This document shows, piece by piece, positions 37,765-50,299 of a stretch of 64,000 nt of DNA (the stretch's first letter is position 1; every line of letters starts with the position of its first letter). Source of the stretch: Rotaria socialis. Taxonomy: Eukaryota. The notes under the pieces are model-generated. The model was given only the letters and a program-made list of their open reading frames with translations, did not search any database and was not told the origin of the DNA. The translations under genes were made by a program, and so were the position numbers. The stretch covers positions 1 through 64,000 of the forward strand of contig CAJNYD010000256.1 of assembly GCA_905331295.1 (NCBI GenBank). The letters are read 5' to 3'.

Positions 37765-40700
37765 TTAAGCCACATAGCTATACATTTTCCTATTGAGAAT
37801 GAAATAAAAAGTATTTTATAGATTAAATCAAGTAAATGTTTCCTATATTACCTATCATCCGTTGACCGCGATAAATAATCTCGTTCAATTAAACTTTCAA
37901 TTCGTTTTTTAATAAAAACAGGGCTGGGCATAAATCTTGATTTCAGTTGATGAGTAACCTAAGTCAAATGAAATTCTCCGAATAAAAAGCAAAAGAATTC
38001 TATGAATAAAAATTCTCATACTTCAGCAATTAATTGTGTATGTGTCATTGCTTTTCTTGTTTTCATTATACGTACTATTGCTGCATCAATGACGTGTTTT
38101 CTATCATCGTCAACTTTATTTCGTGTTTCTAGTCGTTCGGGATCACTTTCGATTTTTGCTGTTATTGGATTTATTTTAACACGGAATAATTTTGAAGTAA
38201 AAGAATCATTGATAGAAAATCTATCGTTTGATTGAATTTCTTTTGTTCTAGGTTCTTTAAGAAATATACGTTGATTGCTTTTACCCAACGATAATGGTAA
38301 TAATGCTCGTTGTAAATCTTTTTCAATTATATCAGTTTCTTGATGCATCTCCTGAAAATATTTAATTGAAAGACTAGAGGATTTTATTGGCATCACTAGA
38401 TTTATTTATTCATAACATATGATAGATATTAACTGGATTTCGAAGTACTTGGTAGTTCTCATCCTTCAGTTAATTGTAAGCGCTAAGTTTTGCCTTTTCT
38501 CTTATCATTCATAAAGAACTTCCGATCCGTCTAGTTTCTTTAGTTTAATAGAAGTAGCAAGATTCATGGAAGCCCACAAATAATTCACAGGATTCGCTAA
38601 TTTTTAAGAGTTGAGTTACTACAAAAAAAGAAGTATAATACTCAAGTATCTATTTAAAGCTTCAAAAGATTATACTCTATCACTTGTCATCCAGATAGAT
38701 CATCCTATTTCAAGTAGATAGATAAACTTAACAAGCTCAATAAGAATCTTCGTCACCATATACTATCATCAAGCTTCATGACTCGTGACCAATTTTAGCA
38801 TTAATAGTGTATACTTTAACAATGGTGTATAGAACAAAATTTTAGAATATTTCTTTTCAAAAGAAATTCTTTGCTGAAATGATTTCGGTTATTTTCTCAT
38901 CAATTTAATTATTTTGTTCATATAAAACAGTGACGTTTTTCTCTGTATAGATTCATAATCTACCTCGAATGACCAAGATTCTTTCGCATTAAATAACATT
39001 AATATAGCCATTTGATAAGTTGAAACTTGTAGAGTATGTTTACGTTCTTTATTCATTGTTGTTGTTGGTCTTGATTCTTCATCACCATCATCGTCTTTAG
39101 GTTTTCCATAGAAAATTGCTGTTAAATCTGCTGAGCCTAAACTCGGCTGTAATGTTAATTGTCTTCCACTATGTTTATTTAAATAAAAATGATGAAAACA
39201 TTGATAAGCTTCTCGAACTGTTGCTGGTAAATTACATTGATTATTAACTGTTTGTGTCGGCCAAAAACCTGTTGTTAATACTCGTACAGTTAAATCGATA
39301 CCATTCAAATTAATCTATTCAAATAGTTAATAAAATAATTTCCCAAAAAAACAACAACATTCCTATTTATTACTCGTTTTTGTGAAACATATAATCGAAA
39401 ATCATCGGCTGTTGTATTTGATACAGATATATCTTTAAACATGCCTTCTAATTTGCATGTAAATTGACAACCACATTCTGTTTTTAATCTTGATATCATA
39501 TTTTTTTCAGCATCATCGGATGCCGATTTATTTAATAATAAACGTTTAGCTAAATGTTGTTTATAATAACGTTCGAAGACATCTTTCTCTTCTAAATATC
39601 GAAATAGCATCATTGCTTTATCAAGTACAATTTCAACTTCTTGATCACCAAGCTAAATGTTGAAAATTTTATTTTACTTCAATAAAAATTTTTATTCCTA
39701 GTTCTACTTACATCTTTTGCACCTTTCTTTAATTTTTCGTCAATAAATAGAGATAAATATTCTGGACTACGTTGATTTAAATTAATAAAAAATTCAAAAT
39801 CAGAATTAATCCGTTTTTTAAATGTCTAAATTACAAAATAATCTTGTTCTCAAACTTAATCAGTGATGAAATATAAAAGTCAAACCTTATCTTCGTTGAA
39901 TGCATTTTTGAGAAAATGATCGAATGTATCTTTTAAATCAAGTAAACTCTAAAATTTAAAAAAAAACATTAAAAAATTCTATCTTCACCTAGATATGAAA
40001 TTCTTTTAGACATAGATCATCATGTATCAGAAGATATATTCAAGATTTCTTATAGATATTCGAATTAGTTTGATACATATCATTTTTCACCCTCCTTTAC
40101 GAAGCCAAATTTGGCACTGATATACTGCGATTATCACGAAGAGACTAGTAACATGATTAGTTTTTTTTAGATAACATTCAATAAGATAAAGACGCAGAAA
40201 AGTATTAATGATTGATAGAAATTTCAAAACTTTATTTTGAAAATATGAACAGGAGTCAATTATATTCCGTTCTATAATAATAGTATGAATCATAGTCTCG
40301 TTGATTGAATTCAATATCAGTGTTAACGATGTGTATTTTTATTTAACGAAATAGATTCAATAAAGATGCCGAAGAAAAAAACAAAGGAATAGTCAAATAT
40401 TCTTTTCTATGTCTACTGCTCAGTTAGGATTCTTAACTATAAACAACAGTAAATAACACGAAACTCGATATGGTAATCTCTTTAATATGTCTCAAAATCG
40501 ACTCATTTGCTGATTTCTTTTAATCAGCCAAAAAGTGTTGTCAACATATCATTCGAAACATTATTTTCGAATTCAGAAATCGATTATAAAAAAATCCGAC
40601 TTTTTCTCATAGTTTAAGTGAAATCATAATTTTTTTTTATTACTTGAACATAAGAGATTGCATTTTTTCCTTCATCACTATTTTCAGTAACAAGTGCACG

Positions 40701-43700
40701 TCCTTGTTCACGTAGATAACTACTCATACAATCAGCTATTGTTAAATGACCATTAGGTACACGTTCAAATAATTTATACATTGTTGCGAGATCATCACAT
40801 TTACTAAATTTGAGCATGTGATAAACACCTGAATTTTCCATTTCAACTATAGTTTTTATATGTTTTGTAATTAGTTCATCTAAATCAAATAGAAGAAAAG
40901 AAAAAACAATTTTAAATAAAAGAATATTTATATATATATATGTATTTTATTTTCAAACCTTCTAAGACTCGCACAACACGTTCTTCAGTTGATTTATCAA
41001 GATAATGAACAGCTCGCTCAGCTTCTTCACTTATGCGTGCAGCTACTTTTCGTATATATACAGATGCACTGTTTTCGGCTAATAATTTTTGACTTTCAAG
41101 CTGCAAAAAAAACAAAATTTATTTTCTACAATAATTAATATAGCTATGACAATTCATCATACACGATAAAATTCAGCTGATTGTTGTAAAAATGGTATTT
41201 CAAAATCTTCAGCATAGACAGAACGATTATCAATTCCTAGACTCATCAACATCTGAGAAGCATTTTTCACAGCACTCCTATAAAAGAATAAAATAATATT
41301 ATTTAAAATTGATTTCAGTCTTATTGTAAGTTATGAATAGAAAAATATTTCTATCGATTTTATGATTAATCTTTGAATTAAAGTTTTAATTTTTGTTTTT
41401 CTTGATATACAAAGCCGAACGGCGGCGTTCTTCTTTTCATAACAAATACTTCTTTCTACAATCAATATTGCCTATCATCTCGTACTGTTCACTTGTTAAT
41501 TTTCTTTTCTTGTCGTGTTCTATTAACTCTATCATTCCACTAGGAGACAAGTTCGATTCAAAAAAAGAAGAAGGAGAAAGGAAGAAAACGGCGTTTCTAT
41601 TTCTCCGTTTGTCTTTTCCTTCTTCTTCTTCTTTTTTTTCTACGCTCCCTCTCTTTCTAACAAACGATCGGAAAAAGAAATAAGCTTGTTAACAAGGCCA
41701 TTCGGACAACATATAAATCCTATTTCTATAGAAAACAAGCGCACACATCAAAAAAAAAATAAGAAGAAGAAGACGACGGATGTTCATGTTGGTTTATCAT
41801 TTCTTTTTTCTCATTGTATTTTCCAAAGTGACCAATGGACAATATTGTTATGCTAATGAATGTTCGGCACGTTCAACATTAACGGGTGATGTTCAAAATT
41901 GGGCTCTACTAATTCAAAATTATATTCTTAAATTAGCATCAGATAGTATGCATCGAGAAAAAACACAAGAATTTTTTGATTTAGCTGAATATAAAGAAGA
42001 AAAAAAATATGGTGAACAATTACTTGATGAAATGAAAACAATTCTTGATTTATATTTTGAAAAGAAACAACGTGCTGCACTTCGTATTGCTGAATGTGCA
42101 CGTGATCTACATGATCGGCTATATCGTACACGTGAACATGCTTATTTAACACAATTGAAAACCAATTCTTCTAGTCAATTGTCTTGGCGTAAATCAGAAG
42201 GATCACTAGGTTTAACACAACATAAACAATTGCTTCATCTAGACAATGAAACATATAAAGATGCTGATATACCATTACGTTTACCAACAAATATGACATT
42301 TCATCCACATTTTAAACGTAATGTTAGTCTTCAACATAGTGTAGTTAAAATCAGTGATGAAATTCCACGAAATAATGTTGAATCAATATGGACTGTAGAA
42401 TGGACGCATAAACTTGAACCAGTATTTGTACGAAATAGAGAATTAGATCCTGATATACGTTGGCAATATTTTGGTTCACATGTTGGCCTTATACGTTTAT
42501 ATCCTGGTCGTGAATGGGATCAAAATTTTGCTGGATTCTATAATGATTATGATCCACGTGTACGCCCATGGTATATAGGTACAACAAGTGGACCTAAAGA
42601 TATTATTATTATACTTGATTGTAGTGAATCAATGAAATCAAATGGAAAATTTGCCATAGGTACATCAATAGCAACAGTTATAATTAATACATTAACGCGA
42701 CAAGATTATGTAAATATTATATGTGCACATGAATCTCATTGGGATGATATTGGTAAATGGCATGTTTATAAAACAGAAGTCTTAAGTTGTCAACAAGATA
42801 CAATGGTTAAAGCAACATTAGCATTTAAACGTGATTTAAAAGAAAAATTAGCAACATTAAAACCTGGTGGTACATCAGAATTTGAAACTGCATTCGACAC
42901 AGCATTTGATTTATTTCAACAAAAACCTAAAACGGGCTGTCAATCGATATTAATATTTATTACGGACGGCCAAGATACAGATGGAGAAACTGTGCGATGT
43001 GGTGCTGGACAATATACACGTAGTGGTTACGTACCAGGACCTATTTGTAAATATAATTGGACACGATATTGGTCGATGGTTAAACAACGACAACAATTTC
43101 ATGCACGAGCAAGAATATTTAGTTATCTTGTTAAAGATAATGGACAAATATTTCCGGGAAAATTAGGTAATAAATAAAAAATTTGATCAGCTTTTAGTTC
43201 GTTCTATTCTCGATTTTCTTTTAGCTTGTGAAAATGATGGTCATTTTGCTATATTGAATGATGGTGAAAATCTAATAAATAAAATGTTTAATTATTTTGA
43301 TTATCTTTCAAAATCTTCATTAAGCGTTAATGGCAGTTGGACATCTCAATATATCGATCAATGGGGTTTAGGTGTTATGTTAACGTATGCTATACCAGTT
43401 ACATCGAGTATCGATGGTCGATTATTGGGTGTCTCCGGAGTGGATGTAACATTAGATGATATTGAACATGCTCTCTCAAGTAAAACATGGGGTGGTGTTT
43501 ATGGATTTTTAATTAATCGTCATGATGGTGATGCTATCATACATCCTGGTCTTAAATCAACAACCATACCAATTGAAGATCCTATTTCTACACATATAAC
43601 ACAATTGGAAATGACAAATAATCAACCTGAAGAATTTCAAACTATTATTTTACCAACTATGCTTCGAGGACAACGAGGTTCAAAACGATTATTAAATGCA

Positions 43701-46525
43701 TATCGAGCAACCATACGACGAGAATTTGGTAGAGAAAAAAAATAAACTAATAATAATTTCATGTTTTTTTTTCTATTTATCCAATTTTATTTTTAAGGTA
43801 TTGGAACTTATTATTGGTCTCCAATTGAAAATACAGATTATGTATTTGCATTTAGTTTAGGTGAATCTGATGAAAAATTTCGTGAAGTTCGACAACCAAA
43901 AAATTTATCAATGTACGATGAAAGCTTTTTCAATTTACTCATTGAATATAATAGTACAAAAGCTCGACATGTTTTACCAGGAAAATTTGAACATATCCAG
44001 GTAATTTTGTTTTGTGAAAACATAACTATGAAAATTAATTTTCCTGATTATAAAGGTGAAAATAAATGATCCAAAATATAACGATGTACGTGTTAGTTAT
44101 TTGTATTCATCAATTATGCTTGCACCACGTGTTTATTGTGATCCAAGTGAATATTTCTATAATGATGATCTAGCACAAAAAACTATTAATGCACATATTT
44201 ATATAAATCAACGTGGTAATCATAGTGATGATGATAAAGGTTGTAGTCAAAAAAATGCAATATTTCATGAAAATACACGCGCTTACGTACTTATATCACA
44301 ACCAATTGAAAGAATTTGGCGTCGTCGACCCGCTGAATTAACAAAAGATATTATATGGACATATGTGGGAATGAGAACAGGAGTTTTTCGAACATATCCA
44401 GCACATAGATCTGTGCGAGATTATGATCATACATCGCGTGCTTGGTATAAACGAGCTGTTGCATTTCAAAATCGAACAACAGCATCAATGCCTTATTTAG
44501 ATTTGAGCGGAGGTGGAAAAGTTATTACAATAGCACAAGCACTTTTTGAAGGTTAGAAAAATATATGCGACGCACACTATTGTATTTATAATTCTATCCG
44601 TATGCTTAAGAAAGAGTTTTAAAGCGATAAAAGAAATGACCAATTGCATTGAAGATGAATAAGAGATTTCTTTTTGTTTTATTTTCAGGTATGCCAGCAA
44701 TATCAAATGAAACGTGTCAACAAAAAACTCAACAAACTTCATCAAAAACAAAATTTCCTGGTGGTTGTCCATGTTCAAGAGGTTCTGATTGTTTATCTGG
44801 TTATTGTTATCAAAGTGTTGCACCCGGACCTGATCCGAAACAATTACGCTGTGCAACGGAACGTATTATTGGTGTTACAGGCACAGATATAAGTTACAAT
44901 TCATTTCATTCGGAAATCATGAAGCGTATGGTTGCATCGGATGGTCATCGTTCATGTGATTCTACATATCCATGTCCATCGAATCCTTCGAAATTATGTT
45001 CAACACGTTGTTATCTTGTTGATCACTCAGGCTATTTAATTGTTGACCCTGATTTTGTTAATGTATCATCGTTTCATGAAAATCGTTATAATCAATTAAC
45101 ACTTGGTCACAAAGAAGGAGAAGTGATGACTGATCTTATTTATAAACATGGTTTATTTGATCGAGCTGAAACAATTACATTTCAAGGAACATGTCATGTT
45201 AGTAAACCATCAGCTAAAGTTACATTAAAAGGTATACCAGCAAATCCAGAAGAACTCGATAATAAATATAAGAATAAAGGACCTATACCACAATTTATGA
45301 ATGAATATGGCTGTATACAAGATCAAGTACGTTATAAGATTCAATCATCAAAATTAAAATGGTCAGAACTAATTATTGGCGAAGTCAATGGTCCATGTAT
45401 GAGTGGACAATATTATGTGACACCATTAGTTAAAACAAATTTAATACTTGTTGTTATTGAAAATTATTATGCTGAACAATCAAAATTATTTTATAATTTT
45501 AATTGTAAAATACAACGTAGTATTGTTGATGCTGGAGCATTTCGTATTATTAATGGTACATGTGCACATAAAATTGAAAAAATGAGTAGTTTATATGAAG
45601 AAAATAAATGTCCAGCATTGAGAGATATTCAAATTGAATGTAAATATAATGGTACAAACATTCAGCAATTATCGCTAGTATTAGGTTTTTATGTGATTGT
45701 GTTTTATAGACTTTCAGTTTGGTTAAATAAATAATTTGTTAATTTCAATTAAATCATTTTTTTTTAAATTTTCTATGATTACTCACGAGAAAAATTATGG
45801 ATAATTAAAATAGATATGTGAAATGTAAAATATTCTCATACGATAGGCAAAAAAATAAAATAAACTAAACATACCTTTCAACAACTTCTCCTCGTCTTTC
45901 TTTGGCTACCATATCAAGTAAAGTTTGTCTTAGATGATCTCTTATACGTTCATAACGAACAACATTATCACGAAATAAAATCAAGCCCAAATTATAAACA
46001 GGTTCAAGTTTTTGTCCACTAACATAAACTCTATCCATATACATAAGTATATCGCGTATCATAACCATGGCTGTGCGATGATCATTCCAAGCTGCATTAA
46101 GCGTTGCTAGAAAATTATTATTTAATGAATCAATAACATCTTGTCTGACCTTTAAATATTTCGAAAAGAATATTTAATAAAAAAAAAAAGAACTTTCCCT
46201 TTGTTTACTTTTTGTACAAGATGTTCACTAACAACAGCCCGTGTGCCCGTATAAAGTTTTTCGCCATGTTTATGCAGCACCATAGTATATGCGTTACGAT
46301 AAAGCTCTTCAAAACTTAAGCCACTATTATTCTTTTTTTGAATTTCTTGAATAGCTGCTTTTAATGATGTATTCCATATACCGTTCACATATCGATCGTC
46401 GATTGGCGACTAAAAAACAAGAATTCGAAAATTTACGATATATAACTGAAAAATTTACATACAAAAAATTGACGAATACGCATTCTTTTATTTTGTTCTT
46501 CCACTTTGATTGATGCTTTATTCAT
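37765..46525 (-). CDS. CUL3: Cullin-3 (multi-exon; intron 3 = 41278-45874)
   Basis: Motifs [92 protein letters not shown], neddylation motif [11 protein letters not shown] and [14 protein letters not shown]. Ends KMYSYVA*. Confidence 0.97.
41780..45734 (+). CDS. alpha2delta/CACHD1-like VWA + dCache protein nested in CUL3 intron 3; exons 41780-43166, 43225-43728, 43798-44000, 44056-44551, 44689-45734
   Basis: Signal peptide; [24 protein letters not shown] with MIDAS DCSES and ITDG; second Cache YDHTSRAWY...[27 protein letters not shown]-terminal hydrophobic segment. Confidence 0.92.
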
Positions 46526-49500
46526 AGTCTATTTGATTGCTGCAAAAGAAAAACGAAGAAAATAATCCTATTATTTAATCTTAAAGAACAAATTCACAAG
46601 AAACATTAATGTCTATTAAAATAATTTGTGGTTAGATTTAATTGTTAGTTAAGTGCAAGATTTATTTGATTGATGAATGTCAATGAGATAAAATAAAATT
46701 ATTAGCATAGAAAACAAGGTAGTACACATTCATCAGATAAGTGTAAAAGAAGATTTTTTTAATTAAAAGTCAGATCGATTTTATTTCTGGATATCGAGCA
46801 ATATTTTATGCTTAAAAAATTATTTCATTCTAGCCGATTGAAATTGACATAAAACTCGAAGCGATTACTGATAACGTTCTATCCCTAGTGATTCACAATG
46901 ATATATATCTATAAACAAATTAAAAATCCGATTGATTTCTATGTGCACAGTATCGCTCTTGCGTTTCAAGGGTTACCCATATTCTCTTGAATCTAGTGAA
47001 ATTTAGTACGAATACTTCTATCAATCCTTTTTTTATAAATTCTGAACATCTTGAAATATTTCTGTTTCATGTGAAAAACTGACTTTTTCAATAAGTTAAA
47101 TCATAACTTATTAAAAATTTCTATCTAGAGATTATGCAAATAAATTCTCAAATATAATCTACTGAGATCGATTTAACGTTTAGAAGCCCATTTGATGTAA
47201 TTAAACGATCCTATTTATTAATATGATAAACTGAAATCTATTATAATTGTATCGACATATAATGACAGTTATAAAAAGTTAAATTCTATTTCCAACTAAA
47301 TACTTGTTTTTAAACTAGCCTTCCATCTTGAATAATTACAAAATAAAACCACTATAGAAACAATAGAGATAGTCTGTTAACCTGTGACCTATGCAAAGAG
47401 TTACTATTCTATTTCTTTTCGGAAACAGTTTTAAAAAAATCTGATCAAAATGACTTTAAAAACAGATGGTTTTCAAACAAAAAATTGAATTATGTCTAAA
47501 TAGAAAATATGAATATTTGTAGAGATTCATGATCCAGCTGACAATCACTAAACTTTTTCTTTTGTTTCTTGAAAAATTACTTAAAACATGATTCAAAAAC
47601 ACTTGAACTTGTAGTAGCCTTTTTTTGATACATCATAATTTAGATTTATATATAGGTAAAAACTTTTAATTACAAATACTTCAGTTTCCAGCTATAATTA
47701 CGGAAGTTTAATGTCTGCTACATTTGTAAGTGTCACGAAAATTTTTATTTAGAACCTAACTATTTCCTAGAATAGATTTCTCTATTACCTGCCCTATTGA
47801 CACGGAACCATGCACTTTAGCACAGTCTAAAAATCAATAACAATAACTATACGAGAAAACGATGAATTCTTCTGATCTACTTACCAGAACAAGTTTTATG
47901 TGTATTTTTATTTTATGAAAATGACGATCATATCATTAGTCTACATGGAAAATAAATAAATATATTCATTTATTATTCGACGCTGAAATATAAGTTTGAG
48001 ATTGTTTTTTCTCAATGTCGCAGCACTGCTGACAGTGAGAAATATTCATAATACTATATGCTAACCAATGAATATTTTATATAGTAACTAATAAGAAAAC
48101 GGTGAACTATTAATTCAATATTAAACTATAAAATAAAATTTTACTTGTCTAAAAAAAAGAAGAACTAAAGTATTCGTGTCTATAGATGTCTCTAGTGTAT
48201 TAATTTTCAATTCTATTGATTAATTTTTATAAACCAATAACATATTCAATCTTTTGTTCATATTTTAAGAAAATTTGAGATCTTGCAAAGAATATCAACG
48301 TTAAGAATGTTTTCTTTGAAAATTTTCGAATTCGAAAAAACTATCGGTATGATTAGTTTAGAATCTTTTTTTTAGTAGTTCCTATTACTAAAATTCATTC
48401 AAAGATACAGGTAACTTGAATATTTTTATAGAAAAGACATCTTTGCAAATGTAATGAAGCCTATTCTTTTGTGTTCTTACTGAAATCAGAATGCAAGTGC
48501 ATGACCTGACGTTTGCAGTTACGTAATGTGTATCATTAAGGCTTCGCTCTCACGTAGAAATATTCAGTTTCTGAGTATGTTAATTAAGTTTTTATAAGGT
48601 CAACATATGAGAAATAGGCTGAAGACAACTACGAATTAGGCGAGACTAGCTATAGTCACATTTTCTCAATTTAAATCATGGAGAGAACTATATTATAGGA
48701 TCGAATGAATCTGCATAAGATTATTTCACCTAGTTAATCATTTATTTTAGTTTCTTCTTGCCAATATTTGATATTGATTTGAATCCCTAAATGAAGAAAA
48801 AAAAACCCGTTTATAATCAAGAATATCTCCGGTAGTCGTACCGAAGCAACAATCAGTTTCATAAGCCTTGAGGCTTCTAGTTTTTGTTGACTCAAGAATT
48901 GTTATTTTTTCTCTGAGATTCCTTACTTCCTGTCTGATGAATCTCTTTATTCAAAGAAAACGGATAACGTCAGTAAAGTCACGTACAGCCCCTCGAGTCT
49001 AAGAGGCAAATACGACTTAGAGGACATCATTATAAAAAGCATCTCTGCTGTTTTATTGCGCGTTCATATTAATTATTGGTTGGAAGCAAAAGTTATTCAT
49101 TTGATTTGATTTCGAATTATCTCAATCTATGCAGATTAGAGAGAAATAAACTTTTGTCTGAAGAATTTATTTACGCTATTTTCATTGAATTTTTAAATTT
49201 TAACTATTTTGACTTTCGAAAGAAAAAATGTTTTCACATTATAAAAAATTTCGACTAGTCACACGAATATAAAAGTTCATGATAGTGTATGTTTACATGG
49301 ACCAATAACGATGAAATCACACATGAACGTTCTTTCTTTTTTTTTTAAGCAAAAAAATTATCGAATTGAAAATTTTAGTGCTTGAAGAAATTTTATTCTT
49401 TATTATACTAGAGTTAAAAAGTTCCGGCAAAAGTTACTCGAACCTTATAAAAATAAATCGAATTTGTCATCATGTTCGAGGTGACATGTTATAACCTATA

Positions 49501-50299
49501 AAACATTGGCGGGTAAAATACCTGTGAATATTGTATTTTTTTTAAACAAATGGATTTAGGCGTTCTTTTCTCTCCCAATATGAATATGAGTCTAGTTTCG
49601 AATGAAATATTTGTTCATGTATTTGAATCTAAAATTTTCTTCGTTGAGAAAAGTAAGTTCGGAAAAGTTTCCCCAGTTCCTTGAAATCTTTGTTTTGTAC
49701 AAGTGCAGTACAATGTAAATATAATTTGTCGAAGACTTCATTCGCCATTGTCTATAACAATTAATTAGTTCTATACAATAGAATTAAAATAAAAAATAAT
49801 ATTTCTTAAATACTAACATAGATATTTTCGAATTTTATTATTTATCATTAATCAACTCATTGATTTGAAAAGATCATTGATCACCACTAGTAAAAAAATT
49901 CCATCCATCTATTTATTAAAAAACATACAATTATGTTTATTAATAGTTGCAATTTAGTTGATGACAATATATTTTTTTAAAGATTATGAACGTGCATATA
50001 GTCGCCTTTTTTTTCTTTTCATTTATTGTCATACAACGTACTTCATAATAATAGGAGTGTCATGGTCGGTTGATTAGTATAAGAATAAGGTCGTCTATCG
50101 ACTATATCAATATTAATTACTTGACATACTTATGTCATATTCATTGTCAATTGTATTGTTTTATCAGATTTTATTGATTCTAATTATTGACAATCAATTT
50201 TACATTCTTGTTATGAGACAATTTTTTTTATAGAAGAAATCAGTAGAAAATAGATTAGATATGAGTTTAAGTTACTGTAAATATGTTGATCATACTGTC

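Noticed and set aside
2965..46525. F-box gene and Cullin-3 as a functional cluster
   Set aside because: They are 34 kb apart across a gap, and F-box proteins use CUL1/SKP1 while CUL3 uses BTB adaptors.
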